DNA of 32,000 nucleotides, taken from the NCBI GenBank assembly GCA_022843095.1, contig JALHOH010000001.1:90001-122000 (forward strand), written 5' to 3'. Positions 24,088-32,000 of the stretch are shown one piece after another; the first letter of the stretch is position 1; the number at the start of each line of letters is the position of its first letter. Source of the stretch: Candidatus Saccharimonadota bacterium (lineage in GTDB: Bacteria > Patescibacteriota > Patescibacteriia > 2-12-FULL-60-25). The notes under the pieces are model-generated. The model worked only from the letters and a program-made list of their open reading frames with translations. It ran no database searches and had not been told where the DNA came from. A program made the translations under genes and the position numbers.

Positions 24088-24645
24088 ATGATTCTCACCA
24101 TCAGTGGAACGCCTGGTTCTGGCAAAACGGCCGCAGCAAAACGCCTCGCCCATGTCCTCGGCTGGGAGTACATCTCAGTCGGCGATTTGCGCGGAGCACT
24201 CGCGAGCGAACGTGGGATCACGATCGATGAACTGAACGCCCTAGGGGAATCCGATAAATCCACCGACACGATCGTGGATGAACGCGTCCGCCAATTAGGC
24301 AAAACGCGGGATAACCTGATCGTCGAAGGGCGGTTGGCCTGGTATTTTATCCCGCACAGCTTCAAGATTTTTTTGACGTGTGACCCGCTGGAGGCGGCAA
24401 AACGCATTTTTCAGGCGCGCACGACCGAACAGGATCGCGCGGATGAGCCTCTCTATCAAACGGTCGAAGAGGTCGCACAAAAAATCCGCCGTAGAATTGA
24501 AAGTGATCGTAAACGGTATCAAACCCATTACGGGCTCGATTTTGAACGTCCAGAACACTACAACGCCGTGATTGATACCTCGGACTTTCCGGACATCGAA
24601 ACCACGGTCAGACACATCCAAGCAGCGCTTCCGCCATCCGTATAA
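24088..24645 (+). CDS. cmk: Archaeal-type cytidylate (CMP) kinase / related small nucleotide kinase
   Basis: MILTISGTPGSGKT P-loop at the extreme N-terminus, with ...SVGDLRG..A...G.. and IVEGRLA. This pattern matches the archaeal-type Cmk family as I recall it. Confidence 0.7.
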   Translation: MILTISGTPGSGKTAAAKRLAHVLGWEYISVGDLRGALASERGITIDELNALGESDKSTDTIVDERVRQLGKTRDNLIVEGRLAWYFIPHSFKIFLTCDPLEAAKRIFQARTTEQDRADEPLYQTVEEVAQKIRRRIESDRKRYQTHYGLDFERPEHYNAVIDTSDFPDIETTVRHIQAALPPSV

Positions 24646-24646
24646 A

Positions 24647-24670
24647 ACCCCTCGACAGTTCGAGGGGTTT
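24647..24670 (+). terminator. Hairpin terminator after cmk (weak T-tract)
   Basis: ACCCCTCGA-cagt-TCGAGGGGT followed by TTAT. Confidence 0.5.
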
Positions 24671-24727
24671 ATGGTAGCGTGCATTTTCCCTAATTTTAGG
24701 GAAAAGAACCTTTCACAGGAGGTATGG

Positions 24728-26503
24728 ATGGAGACACCCATAACTTGGCAACGACTGTATTGGGACACAACGATGCGACATCCGTGGACGTTCGGCATCT
24801 GGGCCACATCTCTGCTCTGCGCCATCGCCTGCACCTACGCACCGCTCATCGCGGTGAAAGCCTTTTTTGATGCCATGCATCAAAACCGCGCGGAGCATGC
24901 GTTCCGCGCACTGGCGGTCGTACTTGGACTTCGCGCGCTCCAGCGGCTGGCGGAGGAAGGGACCAAGTACGCGGATCGTTTCTTGATCCCGGATGGCGTC
25001 CTCTATCTGAATGACGTCGCCATGAAGCGCGGACTGGAAAAGTCCTACGCGTACTACACGGACACGCCAAGCGGACTCATCCTTTCCAAGCTGCTGAAAC
25101 TTGGAGGGTCGTATGAACCGCTCTTTGAGCAGGTGTACGAACTGATGCACCTTGCCACCGCGCTGCTTGTGACGCTCATCGCGCTTTCGTTTCAGAATGT
25201 CTGGCTGTTCGGTGCCGTGGCTGGGTATGTCGCGATCACCCTCTGGTTTGTTCGACGAGCAAACAAGGAGCTTCGCCCCCTCGACGAACAAAAACGCGAG
25301 ACGCGAACGCGACAAAGCGCGACCATGGCGGATATCATCGGTCACGCAACCACGATCCTGTTCCATGCGACGCAAACGAAAGAACGCAAACGGTTCTATC
25401 GGGATGCCGTGGCATTTCGTGACGCATGGCAGACGCGAGCGTGGGCGAATCGACGACACTGGCTCACGGTGGCACTCCTTGCTTTCGCCTTCGAAGTCGT
25501 CGTACTGCTTCTCCTGTTTCGGGCCTGGAGCCACGGGCAGATGTCGGTCGGAACCGTTGTCGCGCTACAAGGCCTGGTCACGATGACCGCTGGACGTATG
25601 CAGATGGTCTATCTGCTGACCCGGCAGTGGCAGGACGTCACGATGGACGCGGAGGATGCTATGAACATCTTGAACGCGCCCTCGCACGTCACCGATAAGC
25701 CGCGCGCACGCATGCTCGATGTCCGAGAAGGGACTATCGCCTTTTCCAACGTCACCTTTGGCTACGAAGGAAAAGAACAGGTCCTCACGAATCTCTCGTT
25801 CGTCATCAAGCCCAGAGAACGCGTTGCCTTGGTCGGACGATCGGGTGCTGGCAAATCGACCATCACCAAGCTCCTGCTGCGCTGCGAAGATCCAACCGGC
25901 GGCTGCATCCGCATCGACGGCGAAGATCTCCGCAACGTCACGCAGCAATCGCTGCGCTGGGCCATCGCCTATGTGCCGCAGGACCCCGCGCTCTTTCACC
26001 GCACCATCCGCGAGAACATCGCCTACGGTCGGCAGGATGCAACGCACGAAGACATTGTGGAGGCAGCCAAACGCGCGCAGTGCCACGACTTCATCTCCGC
26101 GCTCCCAAACGGGTATGACACCTTGGTCGGTGAACGTGGGGTGAAGCTGTCCGGTGGTGAACGTCAACGCGTCGCCATCGCACGCGCCATCCTGAAAGAT
26201 GCGCCGATCCTTGTGTTGGATGAAGCAACGTCCAGCCTGGATCCGGAACACGAGCACGAGGTGCAAGCCGCGATGGAAGAGGTGATGCGCGACAAAACCG
26301 TTGTCGTGATCGCCCATCGCTTAAGCACCGTTCGCAAAATGGATCGCGCGATCGTCATCGACAAGGGAAGGATCGTCGATGAAGGGACGCACGAGGACCT
26401 CATCCAGCGCGACACGCTGTACCGCGATTTCTGGGAACGACAAACCGGCGACGATCGATCAACGCCCGTCCCTCCGCGGACACACTCCTGTGCCAACGAC
26501 TAA
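24728..26503 (+). CDS. ABC exporter, fused permease/ATPase (MsbA/multidrug type)
   Basis: A six-TM-like N-terminal half is followed by Walker A GRSGAGKST, signature LSGGERQR and Walker B ILVLDEATS. ATG 24728 is preceded by CAGGAGG. Confidence 0.9.
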   Translation: METPITWQRLYWDTTMRHPWTFGIWATSLLCAIACTYAPLIAVKAFFDAMHQNRAEHAFRALAVVLGLRALQRLAEEGTKYADRFLIPDGVLYLNDVAMKRGLEKSYAYYTDTPSGLILSKLLKLGGSYEPLFEQVYELMHLATALLVTLIALSFQNVWLFGAVAGYVAITLWFVRRANKELRPLDEQKRETRTRQSATMADIIGHATTILFHATQTKERKRFYRDAVAFRDAWQTRAWANRRHWLTVALLAFAFEVVVLLLLFRAWSHGQMSVGTVVALQGLVTMTAGRMQMVYLLTRQWQDVTMDAEDAMNILNAPSHVTDKPRARMLDVREGTIAFSNVTFGYEGKEQVLTNLSFVIKPRERVALVGRSGAGKSTITKLLLRCEDPTGGCIRIDGEDLRNVTQQSLRWAIAYVPQDPALFHRTIRENIAYGRQDATHEDIVEAAKRAQCHDFISALPNGYDTLVGERGVKLSGGERQRVAIARAILKDAPILVLDEATSSLDPEHEHEVQAAMEEVMRDKTVVVIAHRLSTVRKMDRAIVIDKGRIVDEGTHEDLIQRDTLYRDFWERQTGDDRSTPVPPRTHSCAND

Positions 26504-26518
26504 CGCAGGACAAAACGC

Positions 26519-26547
26519 AAACGACGCCCACTCAGGCGTCGTTTTTC
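26519..26547. terminator. Bidirectional terminator between the convergent ABC exporter and rplS genes
   Basis: AAACGACGCC-cactca-GGCGTCGTTTTT. Confidence 0.7.
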
Positions 26548-26570
26548 TGCGATCGCATCACGCCCACGTG

Positions 26571-26930
26571 TTAGGCGGCGAGCTTGACCTGCTTCATTTC
26601 ACGCAAGCGCTTCTTGGTTTTCGCGATGAACGCGATGTTCTTGCGGCGGACCTTGGCGACCTTCACACATTCGATGCGCTGAATCGCTGGAAGCGTAAGC
26701 GGGTAAATGCGTTCCACGCCGATCCCTTCGGAGACCTTACGCACCGTCATGGTCTTGGACACACCGGCACCTCCCACGGACGTGACGAGACCTTCAAACA
26801 CCTGGACGCGTTCTTTTTCGTCGCCCTGGGCGTTCACATCTTTGATCGTCTGGTGGATCCGGATCGTCATGCCGGTACGCACCTGCGCCGGGGTGATGTC
26901 GACCGGCAAGGAAACGAGTTTCTGTTCCAT
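26571..26930 (-). CDS. rplS: 50S ribosomal protein L19
   Basis: KERVQVFEGLV....G.GVSKTMTVRKVSEGIGVERIYPL matches the L19 core. I prefer ATG 26930 (MEQKLV...). The track start at 26972 is TTG. Confidence 0.85.
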   Translation of the reverse strand: MEQKLVSLPVDITPAQVRTGMTIRIHQTIKDVNAQGDEKERVQVFEGLVTSVGGAGVSKTMTVRKVSEGIGVERIYPLTLPAIQRIECVKVAKVRRKNIAFIAKTKKRLREMKQVKLAA

Positions 26931-26988
26931 AGCAATGGCGGTAGAATAGGGTAATTCAGGAGGTTTCGTCAAGGGACGGGCAAAACCC

Positions 26989-29877
26989 TTATCCCATCGC
27001 CTCTTTCAGATACATTCCGGTCACGGATTTCTTGTTTTTGACCACCTCTTCCGGACGTCCTTCTGCCACAATCTGGCCGCCGTACACCCCGCCTTCAGGC
27101 CCCATATCCAGCACCCAGTCGGCACACTTGGCTACGTCCATGTTGTGTTCAATCACAAGCACCGTGTTCCCCTTGTCGACCAGCGCCTGCAACACCTGCA
27201 ACAGCCGCTTAATGTCATCGAAGTGGAGCCCCGTCGTCGGCTCATCCAGGATGTAGAGCGTTTTTCCGGTCGCGCGGCGCGCAAGTTCCGTGGCCAATTT
27301 TACGCGTTGCGCTTCCCCACCAGAAAGCGTGGTTGCGGGCTGGCCGAGCTTCACGTACCCGAGACCCACCTCGTGCAACACCGACAACTTTTCGTAAATC
27401 AAAGGCTGATCCACAAAGAACCGACGCGCCTCTTCGACCGTCATGTCCAAAATGTCCGCGATGGTTTTGCCGCGATAATGGATTTCCAACGCCTCCGCAT
27501 TGTACCGCTTGCCGTGACATTCCGTACATTCCACGTACACATCCGGCAAAAACTGCATCGAGATTTGAATATAGCCGTCGCCCGAGCACGGCTCACATCG
27601 ACCGCCGCCTTTCACGTTGAACGAAAACTTTCCTGCATCAAACCCGCGCATCTTCGCTTCCGGGATTTCGGTGAACAAATCACGGATGGCCGTAAACACC
27701 CCCGTGTACGTCGCCGGGTTTGATCGTGGGGTGCGTCCGATCGGTGATTGATCCACGCTCACCACCTTGTCCAAGTGTTCGATCCCTTCGATTTTTTTGT
27801 GCGCTCCCACCGGATCCTTGGCGCCGTAAAAATGCGCAGACAATGCGCGACCCAAGATATCCAAGATCAACGTCGATTTCCCCGATCCGGACACCCCCGT
27901 CACACAAATGAACTGACCGAGCGGCAATTTACATTCCACGTTCTTCAAATTAAACGCCGTCGCCCCTTTCACGGTAATGAACTTCCCATTCCCCTTGCGA
28001 CGCGTCTTCGGCACTTCGATTTTTTGCTTGCCTGTGAGATACGCGCCTGTCAACGATTCCTTGTGCTTCTTGATGTCAGACAGCGTCCCTTCGGCGATGA
28101 TTTCTCCCCCGTATTCCCCCGCGCCCGGACCCACGTCCACCACATAATCCGCCGCGCGAATCACCGCTTCATCATGCTCCACGACGATGGTGGTATTCCC
28201 CAAATCCCGCAACCGCTTGATCGTGTTGATGAGCTTGTCGTTATCACGCGAGTGCAGCCCGATGGACGGCTCATCCAAAATATAAATGACGCCGGACAAT
28301 TCACTCCCAAGCTGCGCCGCCAACCGGACACGCTGTGCTTCACCACCAGACAATGACATCGCGGAACGATCGAGGGTCAGATAGTTCAATCCAACATCAA
28401 TCAGATTACGCAACCGTCGCGCAATTTCGGCAGACACCTGATCCACGACCAACCGTTCACGATCCGTGAATCCATGGGGATCCTCTTTTTTCACGATTTT
28501 CGCACGGGTGATTTTGGTGGCTTTTTGCTTGGGCGCCGCACGACCAAGTCCTTCAAAGAACCCCAAAATCTGATCCAGCGGAACGCTCACGACCGCGCCG
28601 ATCGTCTTGTCCGCCACCGTGACCGCCAAGGCTTCTTCACGCAACCGTTGCCCCTTGCACACCGGGCACGTAAGCACGCGCATGTACGCTTCGATCTCTT
28701 TTTGGACGTATTCCGAATCCGTTTCCTTGTATTTTTCTTCAAGCAACGCAACCAAGCCCGACCAGACCTGTGCCTTGCCTTCCACTTGATAGATATCGTC
28801 CTTGGTCCCGTCCATCAACACCGTCATCGCCTTCGTAGAAAAATCTCCCACCGGTTGATGCACCGTGAACCCATGTTTCGCCCCCACAGCTTCGATCAGT
28901 TTCAGGAAGGACGTTTGATTCCCCGCAATGCGCGTGAGTGGCTTAATCGCCCCCTGCGCGATCGTCAATCGCTTATTCGGAATGACGAGCTCTGGTTCAA
29001 GCACAAGCTTGGTCCCAAGCCCCGTACAGGCCGGACACGCCCCATGAGGCGAGTTAAACGAAAACAGTCGCGGTTCAAGCGTGGGGAAGGACTTGTCGCA
29101 CGCCGAGCAATACAACGCCTGCGAAAACAACACCTCATCCAACGACTCTTCAACCAGCGCGTACACCAATCCATTCCCCAAATCCAAGGCCTGCTTCACC
29201 GTTTCTACAATGGAATCAACCACGGCGCTCGCCCCTTTTTCCAACCGGAGTGTGACCACTTCCAACGAGTGTTCCTTGGTTTTATCGATGCGCGTTCCAA
29301 GCAATTCTTCAATCTCGACGACGGTGCCATCAAAACGGACGTCCTGGTAGCCGCCATTCTTTGCGGCCTGCAACACGACTTTGTGCTCCCCTTTTTGGTT
29401 GCGCACCATGGGGGCCAGCAACAAGACGCCGGATTTCTTGGTGAGCTCGAGCACCTTTTCCGCAATTTCGCGAGGCGTCTGTTCACGAAGCGTTGCCTGA
29501 CATGACGTGCAATGTGCACGGCCGGCACGCGAAAACAACACGCGCAAAAAATCGTAGACCTCCGTCACGGTCCCGACCGTCGAACGTGGATTGTGCGAAC
29601 TAGACTTCTGATCAATGGCGATCGTCGGAGACAATCCCGTAATTTCATCGACGTCCGGCTTGTCCTGAAGCTCCAAAAACTGCCGCGCATACGACGACAT
29701 GCTCTCCATGTACCGGCGCTGCCCTTCTGCGTGAATCGTATCAAACGCGAGCGACGATTTGCCCGATCCGGACAAGCCCGTCACCACGATAAACTGATTT
29801 TTTGGCAGGTCGATTGAGACGTTTTTCAGGTTGTGCGCCCGCGCCCCTCGGATGGAGATTTTATCGTGTTGTTTCAT
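26989..29877 (-). CDS. uvrA: Excinuclease ABC subunit A
   Basis: N-terminal IRGARAHNLKNVSIDLPKNQFIVVTGLSGSGKSSLAFDTI, two ABC modules (LSGGEAQR twice) and CxxC zinc modules. Start is ATG 29877. Confidence 0.95.
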   Translation of the reverse strand: MKQHDKISIRGARAHNLKNVSIDLPKNQFIVVTGLSGSGKSSLAFDTIHAEGQRRYMESMSSYARQFLELQDKPDVDEITGLSPTIAIDQKSSSHNPRSTVGTVTEVYDFLRVLFSRAGRAHCTSCQATLREQTPREIAEKVLELTKKSGVLLLAPMVRNQKGEHKVVLQAAKNGGYQDVRFDGTVVEIEELLGTRIDKTKEHSLEVVTLRLEKGASAVVDSIVETVKQALDLGNGLVYALVEESLDEVLFSQALYCSACDKSFPTLEPRLFSFNSPHGACPACTGLGTKLVLEPELVIPNKRLTIAQGAIKPLTRIAGNQTSFLKLIEAVGAKHGFTVHQPVGDFSTKAMTVLMDGTKDDIYQVEGKAQVWSGLVALLEEKYKETDSEYVQKEIEAYMRVLTCPVCKGQRLREEALAVTVADKTIGAVVSVPLDQILGFFEGLGRAAPKQKATKITRAKIVKKEDPHGFTDRERLVVDQVSAEIARRLRNLIDVGLNYLTLDRSAMSLSGGEAQRVRLAAQLGSELSGVIYILDEPSIGLHSRDNDKLINTIKRLRDLGNTTIVVEHDEAVIRAADYVVDVGPGAGEYGGEIIAEGTLSDIKKHKESLTGAYLTGKQKIEVPKTRRKGNGKFITVKGATAFNLKNVECKLPLGQFICVTGVSGSGKSTLILDILGRALSAHFYGAKDPVGAHKKIEGIEHLDKVVSVDQSPIGRTPRSNPATYTGVFTAIRDLFTEIPEAKMRGFDAGKFSFNVKGGGRCEPCSGDGYIQISMQFLPDVYVECTECHGKRYNAEALEIHYRGKTIADILDMTVEEARRFFVDQPLIYEKLSVLHEVGLGYVKLGQPATTLSGGEAQRVKLATELARRATGKTLYILDEPTTGLHFDDIKRLLQVLQALVDKGNTVLVIEHNMDVAKCADWVLDMGPEGGVYGGQIVAEGRPEEVVKNKKSVTGMYLKEAMG

Positions 29878-29971
29878 GCACACCGGATCAGGTCCGCAAC
29901 TGCGGACACGTTGGCGGCGAGACTATCACCGATCGGAAGGCATGGCAAGAGCAAAGGAATCCGCACTGACG

Positions 29972-31501
29972 TTACGAGGGACGACAAAGCGCCGTGGGCT
30001 GACCCGTACGCTGACACTCGGATTTGCAAGCCTCATTATTCCTCCGCGTAGCCGGAGTGACAAAAGGGCCAGAAATCTGACACTGCGCCCCCTGATCGCA
30101 AAGTTGTTCGCAGCCAGAGAGTGCTTGGGCGCGTGATGGAACACAACGCCAAATATCCGCGTCACCTTCGCGTCCAAAAAACCCACAAACGTCGGTGCTA
30201 TTTTTGCACGAAGCAAACAACATTATTTCACTTGCCGCGCCACTCACGGAATAGGTCGATAGATTGCATCCATCACCTCCGCAACGGCAACGATCCCCCG
30301 TTTCCCCTCCGGAACACACACCCCGAAGAGGATCGCGACTTGTCGCAATACACTGCTGACCTGGTCCGCAGGCTGCATTATTTTCACATGTTCTTTCGGT
30401 AGGAATGCGACTTCCGAGCTCCGCAAGATCGCGCGTTGGTGGATTGAGACAAATCCAGGCGCCCACCGTTTCTCCTCGCACCGGAACATTTTGAATGCGG
30501 AGAGAATTATGAAACGAACGATCATGCGGAATGAAAGAACAGGTGAAGCCCGACTGGCAGCGAAACTCGGAAGGACGACCTGCATTATTCGTAGATTCCA
30601 CCATCCCTTGCAAAAAACCATTTCGCGCATTGGACCGCCCGGTTTCATGAGAGATCTCGGATTCATAACGTCCGCGTGATACCTTGCAACCGTCACCTAG
30701 ACAACTGCAGGAGTCTCCTTTTGCTCCCACCGTACAGTAGCCATATCGTGTTGGTGGACTGGAATCGCGACCACTGAGCAATTGCAGAGTGCGTGTTTTC
30801 GTTTGAGGCGTGCCACAAGGATCGTCATCCGAAAAAATATGCAGCGGATTGAACCGATCCAGGACACCGCATGCGAAATCAGAAAAAGAAAAACCTGAAT
30901 CCTGCTCAACGCTATAGACGTTTCGATCCTCTGGACGTCCGCTCGGATTGCCAAAATCATAGCGTAAACACTTCGCATTTGGATTTTGAAGAAGCGACAC
31001 ACAATCATGATCCGTCGTACACATGCGCCAGTTTAAATTCAGCACCTCATCATCGATGGCGATCGTTCCCGTCGTTGCCTGAATTGGAGCCTGATACTCG
31101 ACCCGAGAAATCTTCGGCAACGTCGGCATTTTCAACTGCACAAGCGCCGGATTCACGGTATTCAAAATAAGAAACGCACCGAGCGCAATCACCATCCCCG
31201 CAAGCGCATCTTTGATGATCTCCTTTCCTTTACTGATGGTTCCTGCAACCGGACTAATCAGATATAAAAACCCTCCGTATACCACCATGATCGTCGCGAT
31301 CACGACGACGATACTGATGCCATACCGATACGCACGCGCAATGTAATCCGGCAATCCCGTGACGGATCGCGTCCCCCCGATTGGAACACTTAACTCGATG
31401 TTTCCGTCTGCTGCGAGAACCAACGGCAGAGCAACCGTCATCGCCAGTACAAACACGGCGATGAAGGCAGTGATCCGACGAATCCAGGAGAACGCGCGCA
31501 T
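29972..31501 (-). CDS. Membrane-anchored Cys-rich protein with an N-terminal T4SS-pilin-like (TrbC/VirB2-like) domain
   Basis: A signal/TM segment is followed by IVVVIATIMVVYGGFLYLIS...GKEIIKDALAGMVIALGAFLILNTVNPALV. This resembles the pilin-like domain common in CPR proteins (recollection). A ~380-aa region with roughly 30 cysteines follows. Confidence 0.8.
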   Translation of the reverse strand: MRAFSWIRRITAFIAVFVLAMTVALPLVLAADGNIELSVPIGGTRSVTGLPDYIARAYRYGISIVVVIATIMVVYGGFLYLISPVAGTISKGKEIIKDALAGMVIALGAFLILNTVNPALVQLKMPTLPKISRVEYQAPIQATTGTIAIDDEVLNLNWRMCTTDHDCVSLLQNPNAKCLRYDFGNPSGRPEDRNVYSVEQDSGFSFSDFACGVLDRFNPLHIFSDDDPCGTPQTKTRTLQLLSGRDSSPPTRYGYCTVGAKGDSCSCLGDGCKVSRGRYESEISHETGRSNARNGFLQGMVESTNNAGRPSEFRCQSGFTCSFIPHDRSFHNSLRIQNVPVRGETVGAWICLNPPTRDLAELGSRIPTERTCENNAACGPGQQCIATSRDPLRGVCSGGETGDRCRCGGDGCNLSTYSVSGAASEIMLFASCKNSTDVCGFFGREGDADIWRCVPSRAQALSGCEQLCDQGAQCQISGPFVTPATRRNNEACKSECQRTGQPTALCRPS

Positions 31502-31504
31502 ACG

Positions 31505-32000
31505 CTACTTGGTAAAGACCTGTTTCAAAAGATAATCGATGACCGCGGCAAACATCCGACGATCCATGGCGCCTTCAATCTTCTTGCCGTTAAAGAAAAA
31601 CGCCGGCGTTCCCGAAACCCCCGCCGCAATCCCATCCTGAACGTCACGCTCGACCAAGGCCCTCGTCTCTCCGGAGGTGAGGCAGCGCTGAAACGCCTCG
31701 CGCTCTAATCCAACCCGCGTGGCAAGCGCGATCAGCTGCTCTTCGGAACGCTGATCCATGGATTGATACAACGCGTCATGAAACGACCAGAACTTTCCCT
31801 GTTTTTGCGCGCACCGCGCCGCAAGCGACGGACGCACCGCCTCGGGATGCAGTTCGGGAATGGGAAAATCACGCACGATCAAACGCACCGCCTCGGGATA
31901 GTCCTTCGCAAGCATCCGCCAGGCCGCATGCGATCGCTGGCAAAAAGGACAGTCGTAATCCACGAACGCAACGATGGTGATCGGTGCCGTCGACGGCCCC
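31505..32000 (-). CDS. DsbA-family thiol:disulfide oxidoreductase (5' end outside the window)
   Basis: CPFC active site within APITIVAFVDYDCPFCQ. The frame stays open to the window edge, and the track start at 31963 is an internal GTG. The stop lies 3 nt before the start of the Cys-rich gene. Confidence 0.8.
   Translation of the reverse strand, partial: GPSTAPITIVAFVDYDCPFCQRSHAAWRMLAKDYPEAVRLIVRDFPIPELHPEAVRPSLAARCAQKQGKFWSFHDALYQSMDQRSEEQLIALATRVGLEREAFQRCLTSGETRALVERDVQDGIAAGVSGTPAFFFNGKKIEGAMDRRMFAAVIDYLLKQVFTK

Overview
The window has two compositionally different parts.

**Part 1 (1 to ~8040).** This stretch is visibly more G+C-rich. Hand counts of sample lines give roughly two-thirds G+C here against about half in the rest of the window. 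Every supportable gene is on the minus strand:
- a 1184-aa DEAH/RHA helicase with a long uncharacterised C-terminal half
- a 168-aa unknown protein
- a minimal Pol-beta-type nucleotidyltransferase
- a small P-loop NTPase
- a 112-aa protein that looks like Csx3/Crn3
- a possible zinc-ribbon protein

These genes are separated by unusually long untranslated gaps. The gaps carry at least four copies of a roughly 37-53-nt hairpin motif whose stems covary. I found no CRISPR array and no cas genes. This orphan Csx3-like / NTPase / NTase / helicase cluster, together with its repeated hairpins, is my best candidate for an undescribed RNA- or nucleotide-signal-related conflict or repair system. It may be carried on foreign DNA.

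**Part 2 (~8040 to 32000).** This looks like ordinary chromosome of a small-genome bacterium, and the features hint at Patescibacteria/CPR (inference only). It contains:
- a TrmB-like regulator
- a 702-aa protein with a GNAT domain
- a rhodanese
- a 23S-5S rRNA operon with its own promoter and no 16S; the 23S carries a 247-nt ORF-less group-I-like intron after the E. coli U1931 equivalent, plus a domain-I expansion hairpin
- rlmH, a SulP transporter, and a PI3/4-kinase-like gene interrupted by one in-frame TGA
- an SPFH protein, tRNA-Leu(UAG) and tRNA-Ile(UAU)
- a perfect 51-bp duplication of the tRNA-Ile 3' end plus its terminator
- rluD, an archaeal-type CMP kinase, an ABC exporter, rplS and uvrA
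- a Cys-rich protein with a T4SS-pilin-like N-terminus, next to a DsbA-family gene that is cut by the window edge

All calls come from reading the sequence and the ORF translations. No database search was run.
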